Assembly (NCBI GenBank): GCA_017408585.1
Contig: JAFQUJ010000016.1
Span: 45,094 to 109,093 of the forward strand
Source: Clostridia bacterium
GTDB taxonomy: Bacteria > Bacillota > Clostridia > Oscillospirales > CAG-272
Direction: 5' to 3'
DNA length: 64,000 nucleotides
The notes under the pieces were generated by a model that was not told where the DNA came from, ran no database searches, and saw only the letters and a list, made by a program, of their open reading frames with translations. A program made the translations under genes and the position numbers. Of this stretch, positions 47,677-56,260 are shown piece by piece. The first letter of the stretch is position 1. Every line of letters begins with the position of its first letter.

Positions 47677-48675
47677 ATGTATATTTTAGCTTTTGAATCG
47701 TCCTGTGACGAAACTGCGTGTGCCGTGTGCGAAATGAGTGACGAGGGACGCATAGTAAAATCGAATATTATCGCATCTCAGGTTGATACTCACGCGCTTT
47801 ACGGTGGTGTTGTGCCTGAAATTGCCAGCAGAGCGCATATTGAGGTTATTTCCAAAATCACCTACGAGGCGCTTGACACAGCGGGCGTTACGCTTGACCA
47901 AATTGACGCTATTGCGGTAACGAATGGCCCCGGGCTTATAGGCGCTTTACTCGTTGCTGTTAATTTTGCGAAATCTCTTGCGTTTGCAAACAACATTCCG
48001 CTTGTTCCCGTGGACCATATTAAAGGTCATATTGCAGGAAATTATATCACTCACCAAGAGCTCAAGCCACCATTTCTTGCGCTTGTTGTTTCGGGTGGCC
48101 ACACATCTTTTTTTGATGTAAAATCATACACAGAGCTTGACGAAATCGGTTCTACGCTTGACGATGCGGCAGGTGAATGCTTTGACAAGATTGGCAGAGT
48201 TATGGGACTTCCATACCCCGGTGGCTATGCTATGGATATGCTGGCAAGGAAGGGTGACAAGAATGCAATCAAGTTCCCTTCTCCATCAATCAATGACACC
48301 TTGAATTTATCATTTAGCGGTCTTAAAACAGCAGTTATCAACTACATAAACACCGCAAGACAGCGTGGCGAGGAGCTTTGCGAGGCTGATATTGCGTCAT
48401 CTTTTACCAAAACGGTGGTTGAGGCTATCAGCTCAAAGATTGGGCTTGCGCTTGCAAAAACAGGCTATGACAAGGTTGTTATTGCAGGTGGCGTTAGCGC
48501 CAACTCTCATCTGAGAGAGAGAATTTTAGAGGAATGTAAGAAATTTGGCGCTGAATTTTATGCGCCCGACCTTAAGCTATGTGGCGACAATGCAGTTATG
48601 ATTGGCGCACAGGGCTATTATGAATTTTTAGCAGGGGCGCGTGCCGACGAGTCCTTAAATGCTTATCCCAGCTGA
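47677..48675 (+). CDS. tsaD: tRNA N6-adenosine threonylcarbamoyltransferase
   Basis: ILAFESSCDETACAV, VSGGHT, GGVSANS. Confidence 0.9.
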   Translation: MYILAFESSCDETACAVCEMSDEGRIVKSNIIASQVDTHALYGGVVPEIASRAHIEVISKITYEALDTAGVTLDQIDAIAVTNGPGLIGALLVAVNFAKSLAFANNIPLVPVDHIKGHIAGNYITHQELKPPFLALVVSGGHTSFFDVKSYTELDEIGSTLDDAAGECFDKIGRVMGLPYPGGYAMDMLARKGDKNAIKFPSPSINDTLNLSFSGLKTAVINYINTARQRGEELCEADIASSFTKTVVEAISSKIGLALAKTGYDKVVIAGGVSANSHLRERILEECKKFGAEFYAPDLKLCGDNAVMIGAQGYYEFLAGARADESLNAYPS

Positions 48676-48704
48676 TTAATTTGATTTTAGACGGAGGAAG
48701 GAAT

Positions 48705-49631
48705 ATGAAAATCCAAATAAAATATTCGGGGAAAATCTTAAATTTGCCCGCCTCTGTGGCTGATTTTGCTCCCGACGCTTCTCGTGAGGAGCTTGTTGTA
48801 ATAATAGGTCTTTTCTCGTGTGTTGAATATCACGATGCCTTTGAAAAATACATTGAGCTGTTTTCGGAAAAGCTTGGAATTGGTGTTGAGAGAATCAAGA
48901 AGGCGCTTCTCTTTTGGGCTGAAAAGGGTGTAATTTCAATTGATGGAATGATAGACGAGGTGTCTATTTCCAGTGCCTCGCAGACTGTACCGACTTATAC
49001 CGGCGCTCAAATTGCGAAATTTGTCGAGAAAAACGAGGACATTCGTTCTCTTTTCCTTGCTTGTCAAGCGATTATGGGAAAGGAATTCAATGCCCATGAC
49101 CATAACAACATAATCTATTTAAAGGACTATTATAGATTTACAAATGAATATATAATGCTATTCCTTGCCTGCTGTGTCGAGATTGGCAAAACGAATTGGG
49201 CTTACATTAGAAAGCTTGCAGGCTCGCTTTATGACGAGGGCATTGATACATACACAGAGCTTGAGGCGCATTTTGAGAACAGGCGCAACAAGGAATCGCT
49301 TGAATACAAGATAAGAGAGCTTTTTGGAATTGGAAAGCGTGAGCTATCCAAGAATGAAAAGGAAAAAATCGAGAGATGGCTTTCTCTCGAGCTTGAAATT
49401 GAGCTTATTAGGCTCGCTTACGGAATAACGGTTGACAAGACCGGCAAGCCATCGCTTGCATATTGTGCAAAAATTATTGAAAATTGGTTATCGTGTGGTG
49501 TAAGAAGTGCATCAGAAGCCGAGAAATTTGAGGCTGAAAAGGTAGGGCGCGCCAGTGGCTCTTCCTTTGATACAAACGATTTTTTTGAGGCTGCGCTTCG
49601 TCGCTCGTATAACAAGAAGGGAGAGAGCTAA
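48705..49631 (+). CDS. DnaD-domain replication initiation/restart protein (DnaB-like in the Bacillus sense)
   Basis: 308 aa. Sits upstream of and is coupled to a DnaI-like loader. Has a DnaD-like repeat region (YIMLFLACCVEIGKTNWAYIRKLAGSL...). ATG at 48705 follows GGAGGAAGG. Confidence 0.6.
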   Translation: MKIQIKYSGKILNLPASVADFAPDASREELVVIIGLFSCVEYHDAFEKYIELFSEKLGIGVERIKKALLFWAEKGVISIDGMIDEVSISSASQTVPTYTGAQIAKFVEKNEDIRSLFLACQAIMGKEFNAHDHNNIIYLKDYYRFTNEYIMLFLACCVEIGKTNWAYIRKLAGSLYDEGIDTYTELEAHFENRRNKESLEYKIRELFGIGKRELSKNEKEKIERWLSLELEIELIRLAYGITVDKTGKPSLAYCAKIIENWLSCGVRSASEAEKFEAEKVGRASGSSFDTNDFFEAALRRSYNKKGES

Positions 49632-50599
49632 TGGCATATAATAAGCATGTTGTTCTGGCTGTACAACGAGATTTTGAGGCTAAGCGCAGAGCTAGCGAGG
49701 CAAAGCGAGCTATGCGTCTTGAAGAGGTTTATGCTCTTTGCCCTAAGATAAGAGAGATTGATGAGGAGCTTCGCAAGGTTTCCTTTGAGATTGTTGGCGC
49801 TATTTCTCTTGGAAAAGAGGAATGCGCTTTGAAAATTGAGCAAATCAAGGAAAGAAATCTTGCTTTACAAAAAAAGCGTGCTGAGCTTCTTGTGTCGCTT
49901 GGCCTTGATGCGAGCTATACAGAGCTTGAATATGAGTGCGAGCTATGCAAGGACACGGGCTATGTTAGCGGTTTTCTTTGCAAATGCTACAAGGAGGCGC
50001 TATCTCTTAAGGGCTACGCTCATTCCGGACTTGCTAAGCTACTTGAAAAGCAGAGCTTTGAGAGCTTTTCGTTCGATTATTACAAGGGTGAGGACAGAAG
50101 AGTAATTGAGCAAAATTTTGAGGAGCTTTTATCATTCGCGAAGAATTTCGAGACTGACAAGCGCTCGTTCTTGCTTTATGGTCCAACAGGGCTTGGAAAA
50201 ACGCATTTATCATCGGCTGTGGCAAGATATTTGCTTGACAATGGCTATGATGTTGTTTATGAGAGCGCTCAAAATGTTTTCGCTGATTTTGAAAGGGATC
50301 GCTTTAGAGATCGCTTTGATGACGAGGTTGAGCTTGTAAGCGACAAGTATTTGGATTGTGATCTTTTGATTCTTGACGATTTGGGAACGGAGATGGTGAC
50401 GCAGTTCTCTGTTTCGTGCCTGTACAATATTATTAATACAAGGCTCAATCGTGGCTTGCCTATTATTGCAAGCACAAATCTACGCTCTGACGAAATTCGC
50501 AAAATTTATCATGACAGAATAACCAGCAGGCTCTTCGGCGAGTTTACAATTCAGCAATTTTCCGGTCAAGATATAAGGCGTCAAAAAATTATTAGATAA
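49631..50599 (+). CDS. dnaI: DnaI/DnaC-like helicase loader ATPase
   Basis: N-terminal Zn-like CELCKDTGY...CKCY. Walker A GPTGLGKTHL. Walker B LLILDDLG. Confidence 0.7.
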   Translation: MAYNKHVVLAVQRDFEAKRRASEAKRAMRLEEVYALCPKIREIDEELRKVSFEIVGAISLGKEECALKIEQIKERNLALQKKRAELLVSLGLDASYTELEYECELCKDTGYVSGFLCKCYKEALSLKGYAHSGLAKLLEKQSFESFSFDYYKGEDRRVIEQNFEELLSFAKNFETDKRSFLLYGPTGLGKTHLSSAVARYLLDNGYDVVYESAQNVFADFERDRFRDRFDDEVELVSDKYLDCDLLILDDLGTEMVTQFSVSCLYNIINTRLNRGLPIIASTNLRSDEIRKIYHDRITSRLFGEFTIQQFSGQDIRRQKIIR

Positions 50600-50614
50600 A
50601 ATTTCGAAAAACTA

Positions 50615-50643
50615 TTGACAAAGGTTAAATGCTATGTTATAAT
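50615..50643 (+). promoter_or_regulatory. consensus sigma70 promoter of rplJL
   Basis: TTGACA (50615-50620), 17 nt spacer, TATAAT (50638-50643). Confidence 0.7.
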
Positions 50644-50649
50644 CTTGTC

Positions 50650-50800
50650 GTTAATCCAAAGACAGCAGGTCACGGTAATTGCATTTATGCTCCCTGCCGA
50701 GGAAGAATTTAAATATGAATTTAAAATCTTTTTTCGGTGTGCATTTTTGCGATTTCGGGAAAAGATTTTTCTTTTTGCTGTAAAGGAAATAATACAGGAG
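50650..50800 (+). promoter_or_regulatory. ribosomal protein L10 leader (autoregulatory 5'UTR)
   Basis: About 160 nt of structured UTR between a consensus promoter and rplJ, the position and size expected for the Firmicute L10 leader. I did not verify the covariance-model structure. Confidence 0.5.
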
Positions 50801-50808
50801 GTTGTTTT

Positions 50809-51318
50809 ATGCCAAGTAATTCAGTTCTTGAACAAAAGAAGGCCGTTGTTGCTGAGCTCGTTGACAAAATCAGAAGAGCTACATCCGGTGTTCTAGTTCA
50901 ATACCAAGGTATCACAGTTGAAAACGATACCAAAATGCGTGCTGCTTTCCGTAAGGCTGGCGTTGACTACATGGTTATTAAGAATACTCTTATCGGCCGT
51001 GCTTGTGACGAGGTTGGTTATGGTGCTATGAAGGAAAAGCTTAACGGTATGACCGCTATTGCTATTAGCTACGATGACCCTATCGCTCCCGCCAAGATTG
51101 CTAAGGAATACGCAGACAAGGTTGAAACCTTTGAAATCAAGGGTGGATTCATCGATAATGGCGTTGTTGATGTTGACGCTGTTATGGCTCTTGCTGAAAT
51201 TCCTTCAAAGGAAATTCTTCTCGCAAGATTTTTGGGAAGCATTACAGGTCCTATCTCAGGATTTGCTCGTGCTATCCAAGCAGTTATCGACCAAAAGGGC
51301 GAGGCTGCTGCTGAATAA
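50809..51318 (+). CDS. rplJ: 50S ribosomal protein L10
   Basis: 169 aa. ATG at 50809 follows ACAGGAGG. KKAVVAELVDKIRRATSGVLVQYQGITVENDTKMR is typical L10. Confidence 0.9.
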   Translation: MPSNSVLEQKKAVVAELVDKIRRATSGVLVQYQGITVENDTKMRAAFRKAGVDYMVIKNTLIGRACDEVGYGAMKEKLNGMTAIAISYDDPIAPAKIAKEYADKVETFEIKGGFIDNGVVDVDAVMALAEIPSKEILLARFLGSITGPISGFARAIQAVIDQKGEAAAE

Positions 51319-51394
51319 GGTCTGTGTAACCTGTGCTTAGCACAAATCACAAACAAATTTAATTAAATTTATCTATTTATGGAGGATTATTAAA

Positions 51395-51778
51395 ATGGCT
51401 AACGAAAAAGTTACTCAAATTCTTGAAGAAATCAAATCTCTTACTCTCCTCGAGCTTGCTGACCTTGTAAAGGCAGTTGAAGAGGAATTCGGCGTATCTG
51501 CTGCTCCTGTTGCAGTTGCCGGTGCTGCTGTTGCTGCTGCTCCTGTTGAAGAAAAGACTGAGTTCGATGTTGTTCTCGTTGACGCTGGCGCAAGCAAGCT
51601 CAATGTTATCAAGGTTGTTCGTGAGATCACAGGTCTTGGTCTTAAGGAAGCTAAGGAGCTTGTTGACGGTCTTGCTGCTAACGGTCCTAAGGTTGTTAAG
51701 GAAGCAGTTTCTAAGGAAACAGCTGAGGGCTATGTTAAGCAACTCACAGAGGCTGGCGCTAAGGCTGAGCTTAAGTAA
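51395..51778 (+). CDS. rplL: 50S ribosomal protein L7/L12
   Basis: 127 aa. Ala-rich hinge, then [24 protein letters not shown]. Confidence 0.95.
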   Translation: MANEKVTQILEEIKSLTLLELADLVKAVEEEFGVSAAPVAVAGAAVAAAPVEEKTEFDVVLVDAGASKLNVIKVVREITGLGLKEAKELVDGLAANGPKVVKEAVSKETAEGYVKQLTEAGAKAELK

Positions 51779-51799
51779 TTTGGCTTAATAAAACTATCC

Positions 51800-51830
51800 T
51801 AAAAAAGCTCCGACATATGTCGGAGCTTTT
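51800..51830. terminator. bidirectional terminator
   Basis: AAAAAAGCTCCGACA-tat-GTCGGAGCTTTTT. Confidence 0.7.
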
Positions 51831-51833
51831 TAT

Positions 51834-52688
51834 TTATTCTATTGTGATTAAAATTATCTCGGGGCGATTATTTACTCTTAGTGGGCAAAGGCTATTGCCT
51901 ATTCCTCGGCTGATTACCATGTTTGTTTTGCCCTCGGTGTGCAAGCCCTCGCTATATTTGGGGAAAAAGCCTTGATTTGGTGCGATAAGTCCACCGACAA
52001 AGGGGATTTGCGCCTGTCCTCCATGTGCGTGTCCTGTCAAGGCGAGGTCAATTTCTGCGTCAACATATGACATAAATGTTTCGGGGCGATGGCAAAGAAC
52101 GATTGTATAGCCCTCGATATTCTCTACAAGTGGTAAAAGCTTGCCCGACACAACTGCGCTTGCCATTTCGGTGCTATCCTTTTGTAGAACGAACATTGGG
52201 TCCTCTATTCCTATTATGGTAAATATCTCACCGTTTTGCTCATGGGTCGTTTTTTGGTCACAAAGAATGGTAACTCCAAGCTCGGCAAGGGCGGTTTTTA
52301 GTTGCTCGTACTCTTCTTTTATTCTGCTTTCGTGGTTGCCCGGCACATAGTAGCACGGGGCAATCCGGGCTAGCTCTCGAACGAAGTCAATCGAACGCTT
52401 TACCTTGGTGTGGCGTGAGTCAATAAGGTCGCCTGTGATGGCGATTATATCGGGGGCGCTTTCTCTTACAAGTGCGATTAGCTCCTCATTATCATTTTGG
52501 AATTTTGCGTTATGAAAATCCGATATGTGTGCGATTTTAAGCCCTGATGTGTTCGATTTTATGGAAATTCTGGTGAGCACGGGGGCTTTATTCGACCAAA
52601 TTATCCACACAATAAGCGCTAGTAGCAACACTGTCAAGCAAGATAGTATTACTGTCGCTGTAACATGGTTTTTTAAAAAATCAAGCAT
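51834..52688 (-). CDS. membrane-anchored metallophosphoesterase (calcineurin-like, YkuE-type)
   Basis: N-terminal TM segment. Motifs ISDFH, GDLID, GNHE and GHAHGGQ. Confidence 0.8.
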   Translation of the reverse strand: MLDFLKNHVTATVILSCLTVLLLALIVWIIWSNKAPVLTRISIKSNTSGLKIAHISDFHNAKFQNDNEELIALVRESAPDIIAITGDLIDSRHTKVKRSIDFVRELARIAPCYYVPGNHESRIKEEYEQLKTALAELGVTILCDQKTTHEQNGEIFTIIGIEDPMFVLQKDSTEMASAVVSGKLLPLVENIEGYTIVLCHRPETFMSYVDAEIDLALTGHAHGGQAQIPFVGGLIAPNQGFFPKYSEGLHTEGKTNMVISRGIGNSLCPLRVNNRPEIILITIE

Positions 52689-52822
52689 TTTTTGCTCCTT
52701 GTGGGTATTCTTCTTTTTTTCTTTGTACTTTTTCTTTAAGAGAAGAAAAAGCTACCAAAAAGAAACTATATGAAAAATCCATCTTTAATTTATTTTACCA
52801 CACATTACCCAAATTTACAAGT

Positions 52823-52887
52823 AAGGAGCAGGAAATTCCTGCTCCTTATTCTTTTTTACTATTCAGACACAGAACCGTCTTCTGTCT
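52823..52887 (-). repeat. island repeat, type A copy 3 (core GACGGTTCTGTGTCT + GAAtAGTAAAAAAGAATAAGG + hairpin)
   Basis: Shares the core and AGTAAAAAAGAATAAGG with copies at 54611 and 56561. The hairpin here is AAGGAGCAGG-aattt-CCTGCTCCTT. Confidence 0.8.
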
Positions 52888-53320
52888 GCTTCCTTTGCTT
52901 AATACATAAAGCTACAGATGATAATATCAATATCACTCCTAACACAGACACAAAAAACAAAAATATCAACGCACTTCCGAAGTTTATTGTTTGTAATCCA
53001 TATAGTCTTATGGCAAAATTTGAAAAATAAAAATCCAAAACGAATGTAATAATCGGAGTCAATACAAATTGAACGCATGCGATTAAAAACAAATTAAATT
53101 TTCTCGACATAGAAAAGCACCAAAAAATTATCAAAAGCATAAATCCAGATGCAAGTATAATTGCTAAAATAACAAAGAAAGCACCCAACTTCATTCCATT
53201 CAATTCAACGCCTATTACCGCAATCATTAAGCATATGAAAAAAGCTACCGACTCTGCAAAAGAAATAACAATCGCAAAGGCTATATTTTTTAGTGCATCT
53301 AATATCTTATTATTTATCAT
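52859..53320 (-). CDS. small polytopic membrane protein, candidate immunity protein
   Basis: 153 aa, about 4 TM. Its ATG overlaps (ATGA) the stop of the Ntox44-like frame upstream. Confidence 0.55.
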   Translation of the reverse strand: MINNKILDALKNIAFAIVISFAESVAFFICLMIAVIGVELNGMKLGAFFVILAIILASGFMLLIIFWCFSMSRKFNLFLIACVQFVLTPIITFVLDFYFSNFAIRLYGLQTINFGSALIFLFFVSVLGVILILSSVALCIKQRKQTEDGSVSE

Positions 53321-53608
53321 TTGATACCTCCGTTTCGTATTTCATACAAAACAATTCCCAAAGCTATGCATCTAGAATCTCGTGGCTCATCAAAGAAAGT
53401 AGTCCAATAGCTCCATTTGCTAGTTCTAGATCGTATTTGTATTGCTCCACCCGCTAAAAATAATGTATGTGCAGGAAATAATTCGCGTCCCACATATCCA
53501 TAATGAATATTTCCCGGATCATCAAATCTTAAAGGAACACCATGAAGCCCAGCAAGGACAAAACTGTAATTATCACTAAAAATACAAAAAAATATAACAT
53601 TTTTTCAT
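53317..53608 (-). pseudogene. frameshifted small secreted toxin gene, polymorphic-toxin type 44 (Ntox44)-like
   Basis: RBS AAGGAG plus ATG (53608) gives MKKCYIFLYF-stop. After a T7 run (A7 at 53586-53592 on the + strand) the +1 frame reads FCIFSDNYSFVLAGLHGVPLRFDDPGNIHYGYVGRELFPAHTLFLAGGAIQ...DEPRDSRCIALGIVLYEIRNGGIK. The span is 292 nt, i.e. 3n+1. Confidence 0.6.
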
Positions 53609-53649
53609 TTTCACTCCTTAATAAAGTTTATATCCTGCTTTTGCAGCTC

Positions 53650-53685
53650 TGTCAAGACAAGCTTACTTTGGAGACACAGAACCAC
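53650..53685 (-). repeat. island repeat, type B copy 2 (core + CCAAAGTAAGCTTGTCTTGACA)
   Basis: Minus strand: GGTTCTGTGTCTCCAAAGTAAGCTTGTCTTGACA. The TTGACA, a 17 nt spacer and TATAAA form a promoter-like element facing the Ntox44-like gene. Confidence 0.8.
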
Positions 53686-54400
53686 ATCCTATATCCTTTA
53701 AAATTTTTAAAAATTTATTTCTTAATTTTTTATATTGAAAAATATACAAACCATCTTTTTGTGTGCCCATAAAAGCAACTTTTTTTGAAGTTATTATACC
53801 GACTGGAAAATGGTAATATTTGTATCCTTGTGCAACATTTTCATTTACATAATTCACAAATGAGGAAGAAACTTGATCAGCAATAATAATATTAATAGTC
53901 TTAATTACTGCATAAATTCTTTCGCTTTCATAATAATTTTTCAAAACATCAAAAATCATTTGTTTTATTTTATAACTCGAAAACTCCTCTTCCTCGCCAA
54001 ACTTCATTATTGTTACACATTCAGCCTCAAAAGGAAATCTTTTACTTTTGATGTAAAATTCAATACGATGATTTGCTTGAATAGACAAATATCCGTTAGA
54101 CAACAAGTTACTTCTTATTTTTTCATAAAAATTCTCATAACTATCAAACAAATGTTCTATTTTTTGAGCATGTGTTTTAGGGCGCTTTAAATCCATTTTG
54201 AAAATAGAAATAAACATGACCATTATGGATATTATAGCACTTAAAAGCAAACATATAGTTATTGTTTGATATATTTCATCAGTCAGTTTAGAAAACACAT
54301 ATTTCCCAAAAAGCGCAAATACAAACAACGAGCACAATAATGTCCATGTGGAAATTATTAAGAACTTTACGACTATATTTTTGTTATCTCTCAAAAGCAT
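53663..54400 (-). CDS. hypothetical membrane protein (2 N-terminal TM + cytoplasmic domain), candidate immunity protein
   Basis: 245 aa. Its start is overlapped by the end of an upstream start-less ORF fragment. Confidence 0.5.
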   Translation of the reverse strand: MLLRDNKNIVVKFLIISTWTLLCSLFVFALFGKYVFSKLTDEIYQTITICLLLSAIISIMVMFISIFKMDLKRPKTHAQKIEHLFDSYENFYEKIRSNLLSNGYLSIQANHRIEFYIKSKRFPFEAECVTIMKFGEEEEFSSYKIKQMIFDVLKNYYESERIYAVIKTINIIIADQVSSSFVNYVNENVAQGYKYYHFPVGIITSKKVAFMGTQKDGLYIFQYKKLRNKFLKILKDIGCGSVSPK

Positions 54401-54560
54401 TCCCCTTTCTATGAAAAATCTGAATAGTTTCTTTTTGGTTAGAATTGCTTATTACATCAATCGAAGAAACCGCCATCATTTGTACCGATATTTGACCTAT
54501 ATTTGCAGTTGCATGTTCTCCTAAAAGTGATTGTATGAGTGTTTGAGGAACCTCGCTACA
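54384..54560 (-). pseudogene. start-less ORF fragment, candidate orphan toxin C-terminal remnant
   Basis: Open frame bounded by an upstream TAA: CSEVPQTLIQSLLGEHATANIGQISVQMMAVSSIDVISNSNQKETIQIFHRKGNAFER. It overlaps the next gene's ATG by 17 nt. No family recognised. Confidence 0.35.
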
Positions 54561-54610
54561 TTAAAATAAACGCTACGATTCTTGTTCAGTGTATATATTT
54601 AGTTTTGAAT

Positions 54611-54683
54611 AGGGGGGAGTTTCCTACCCCTTATTCTTTTTTACTGTTCAGACACAGAACCGTCCCATGTCTCCTCCATGTCA
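54611..54683 (-). repeat. island repeat, type A copy 2
   Basis: Minus strand: TGACATGGAGGAGACATGGGACGGTTCTGTGTCTGAACAGTAAAAAAGAATAAGGGGTAGGAAACTCCCCCCT. Confidence 0.8.
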
Positions 54684-55172
54684 CTTTTCTTCAATACACT
54701 CAATTTTTTCTTTTAATTTTAAATAATCTCTATATAAAATTTTAAATTTAATTTGTTTCGAATTGTCCAATTTGATTTCAAACAATCCGCCTAATTGTTG
54801 TTTATAAAAATATATAAAAGGAATGTTATACCATTTGCATACATAATACCTTGCAAAAATCACCTGAGAATATTCATATTCTTTTTGAAAAATTACAAAT
54901 GTTTTTTCTTTTAAGATTAATATGTTTTTATTATTTGAATTTGCAATAAAACAAAGCAACATTGAAATTCCCATTATCAAAATACATAGAATATACAAAA
55001 TCACAATTATCTTATATATTAAAGGATTTTGATTATGAAATAAAGAAATGATAAGAAGCAGTGTGTTTATATAAAAAATCAAACTTGGTAAAATGGTGCA
55101 CATAACTATGCCTTCAAACAAATTTATTTTTATTTTTCTCATTATGTTTACCCTTCTAAAATGCGTTTTCAA
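54681..55172 (-). CDS. hypothetical membrane protein, candidate immunity protein
   Basis: 163 aa, 2-3 TM. Follows the glycine-zipper-like fragment. Confidence 0.5.
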   Translation of the reverse strand: MKTHFRRVNIMRKIKINLFEGIVMCTILPSLIFYINTLLLIISLFHNQNPLIYKIIVILYILCILIMGISMLLCFIANSNNKNILILKEKTFVIFQKEYEYSQVIFARYYVCKWYNIPFIYFYKQQLGGLFEIKLDNSKQIKFKILYRDYLKLKEKIECIEEK

Positions 55173-55180
55173 AAAATTTG

Positions 55181-55333
55181 TTAGGAATAAAACTTATCGT
55201 GAAATATAGCCGAGTCAATTGCGTATTGTGCCAAGCCCATTCCTGCTCCCACAGCAATAGAACCAACTAAACCAATGCCCGTATAAGGCAATGCTGTTGA
55301 AGCAACTGCAAACAACCCATCAATTCCCGCCTG
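55181..55333 (-). pseudogene. start-less fragment encoding a Gly-zipper-like hydrophobic C-terminal peptide (candidate membrane-active toxin remnant)
   Basis: My translation: QAGIDGLFAVASTALPYTGIGLVGSIAVGAGMGLAQYAIDSAIFHDKFYS-stop. No ATG or RBS. It begins next to the stop of the upstream gene. Confidence 0.4.
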
Positions 55334-55343
55334 TCTGTTCTGT

Positions 55344-55739
55344 CTAAAATTTTCCTCTACCTATGGCATCGTCATAGACCAATCTTAAAAGAGTAAGCAC
55401 AGAAAATACTATAAAAGCATAGTGCCAAAAAGTAAACCTTAAGAATACAAATTCATTTATTAATAAAATACAAATCGTTAGACACCCTAACAAAATATGA
55501 ATGTATGACAAATAAGCAATGCATCTGTATTTTCTATCATAATATTCCTTGAAAATTGGTATCCAAAAAAAGCGTTCAACAGCCGACCAGTTTGTTTTGT
55601 AATGCTTTTTCGCTCTTTTCCAACTTTTTCCATGTCCATATTTTCTTGGATAAGCAATTGCGACAAAAACGCCTCTTGCATGCCAATCCGTTATCGCAAA
55701 TGATAATATAACAAGAGAAATCACACCTAAAATATACAT
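55344..55739 (-). CDS. hypothetical membrane protein, candidate immunity protein
   Basis: 131 aa, 3-4 TM. Its ATG sits immediately after the TAA of a 29-codon fragment. Confidence 0.5.
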   Translation of the reverse strand: MYILGVISLVILSFAITDWHARGVFVAIAYPRKYGHGKSWKRAKKHYKTNWSAVERFFWIPIFKEYYDRKYRCIAYLSYIHILLGCLTICILLINEFVFLRFTFWHYAFIVFSVLTLLRLVYDDAIGRGKF

Positions 55740-55829
55740 TTAATCCCCCCCGTATTTAACAACAGATTTTACTGCTTTAGTCCAAATAGAATTAGAGCCC
55801 GCCTCTATCCACTCTAACGCTTGTCCGTT
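55740..55829 (-). pseudogene. 29-codon start-less fragment (candidate toxin C-terminal tip)
   Basis: NGQALEWIEAGSNSIWTKAVKSVVKYGGD-stop, abutting the next ATG (GATTAAATG). Confidence 0.3.
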
Positions 55830-55849
55830 TTAAATTCAAGTGAAACAAC

Positions 55850-55920
55850 GAATCTTCTCCATGTCAAGACAAGCTTACTTTGGAGACACAGAACCGTCCC
55901 TTGTCACCTGTCCTGTCTTC
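55850..55920 (-). repeat. island repeat, type B copy 1
   Basis: Minus strand: GGGACGGTTCTGTGTCTCCAAAGTAAGCTTGTCTTGACATGGAGAAGATTC. Confidence 0.8.
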
Positions 55921-56244
55921 TCAAAATTTAAATATATGTACATTCTCACCTTTTTTTATCACTTTTTCGTACTCTTTTGGCGATATAATATGAGCTGAAT
56001 TATTCTTAAATAAAATGTAGTTTGTAATAATAGACTCAATAGTTTCTTCTATATCAAACTTATCAACATCATGATAATGAATATCATCAATATAAACATC
56101 AAAAAAACCAAAGTTAAAAACTATTTTAATAAAGTGATTCATTGAATTATCAATAATCAAATCATTTTCATTTAACACAATCTTATAACTCAGCAATTTT
56201 TTTGAAATTACCTCATAAAGTTGTTTTAACGATTCACATCTCAT
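55921..56244 (-). CDS. small cytoplasmic protein, candidate immunity protein of the RHS-derived fragment
   Basis: 107 aa, acidic, no TM. RBS GGAGGTG, 16 nt after the stop of the upstream fragment. Confidence 0.5.
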   Translation of the reverse strand: MRCESLKQLYEVISKKLLSYKIVLNENDLIIDNSMNHFIKIVFNFGFFDVYIDDIHYHDVDKFDIEETIESIITNYILFKNNSAHIISPKEYEKVIKKGENVHIFKF

Positions 56245-56260
56245 AACATCACCTCCATAA

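Noticed and set aside
44997-50599. topB + DnaD-domain + DnaC/DnaI-like genes as a mobile-element or prophage replication module
   Set aside because: No integrase, relaxase, capsid or att-like repeats are present. The genes are interleaved with core rimI-tsaD and followed by rplJL. Composition matches the surrounding core genome. The DnaD/DnaI pair fits the chromosomal Firmicute primosome.
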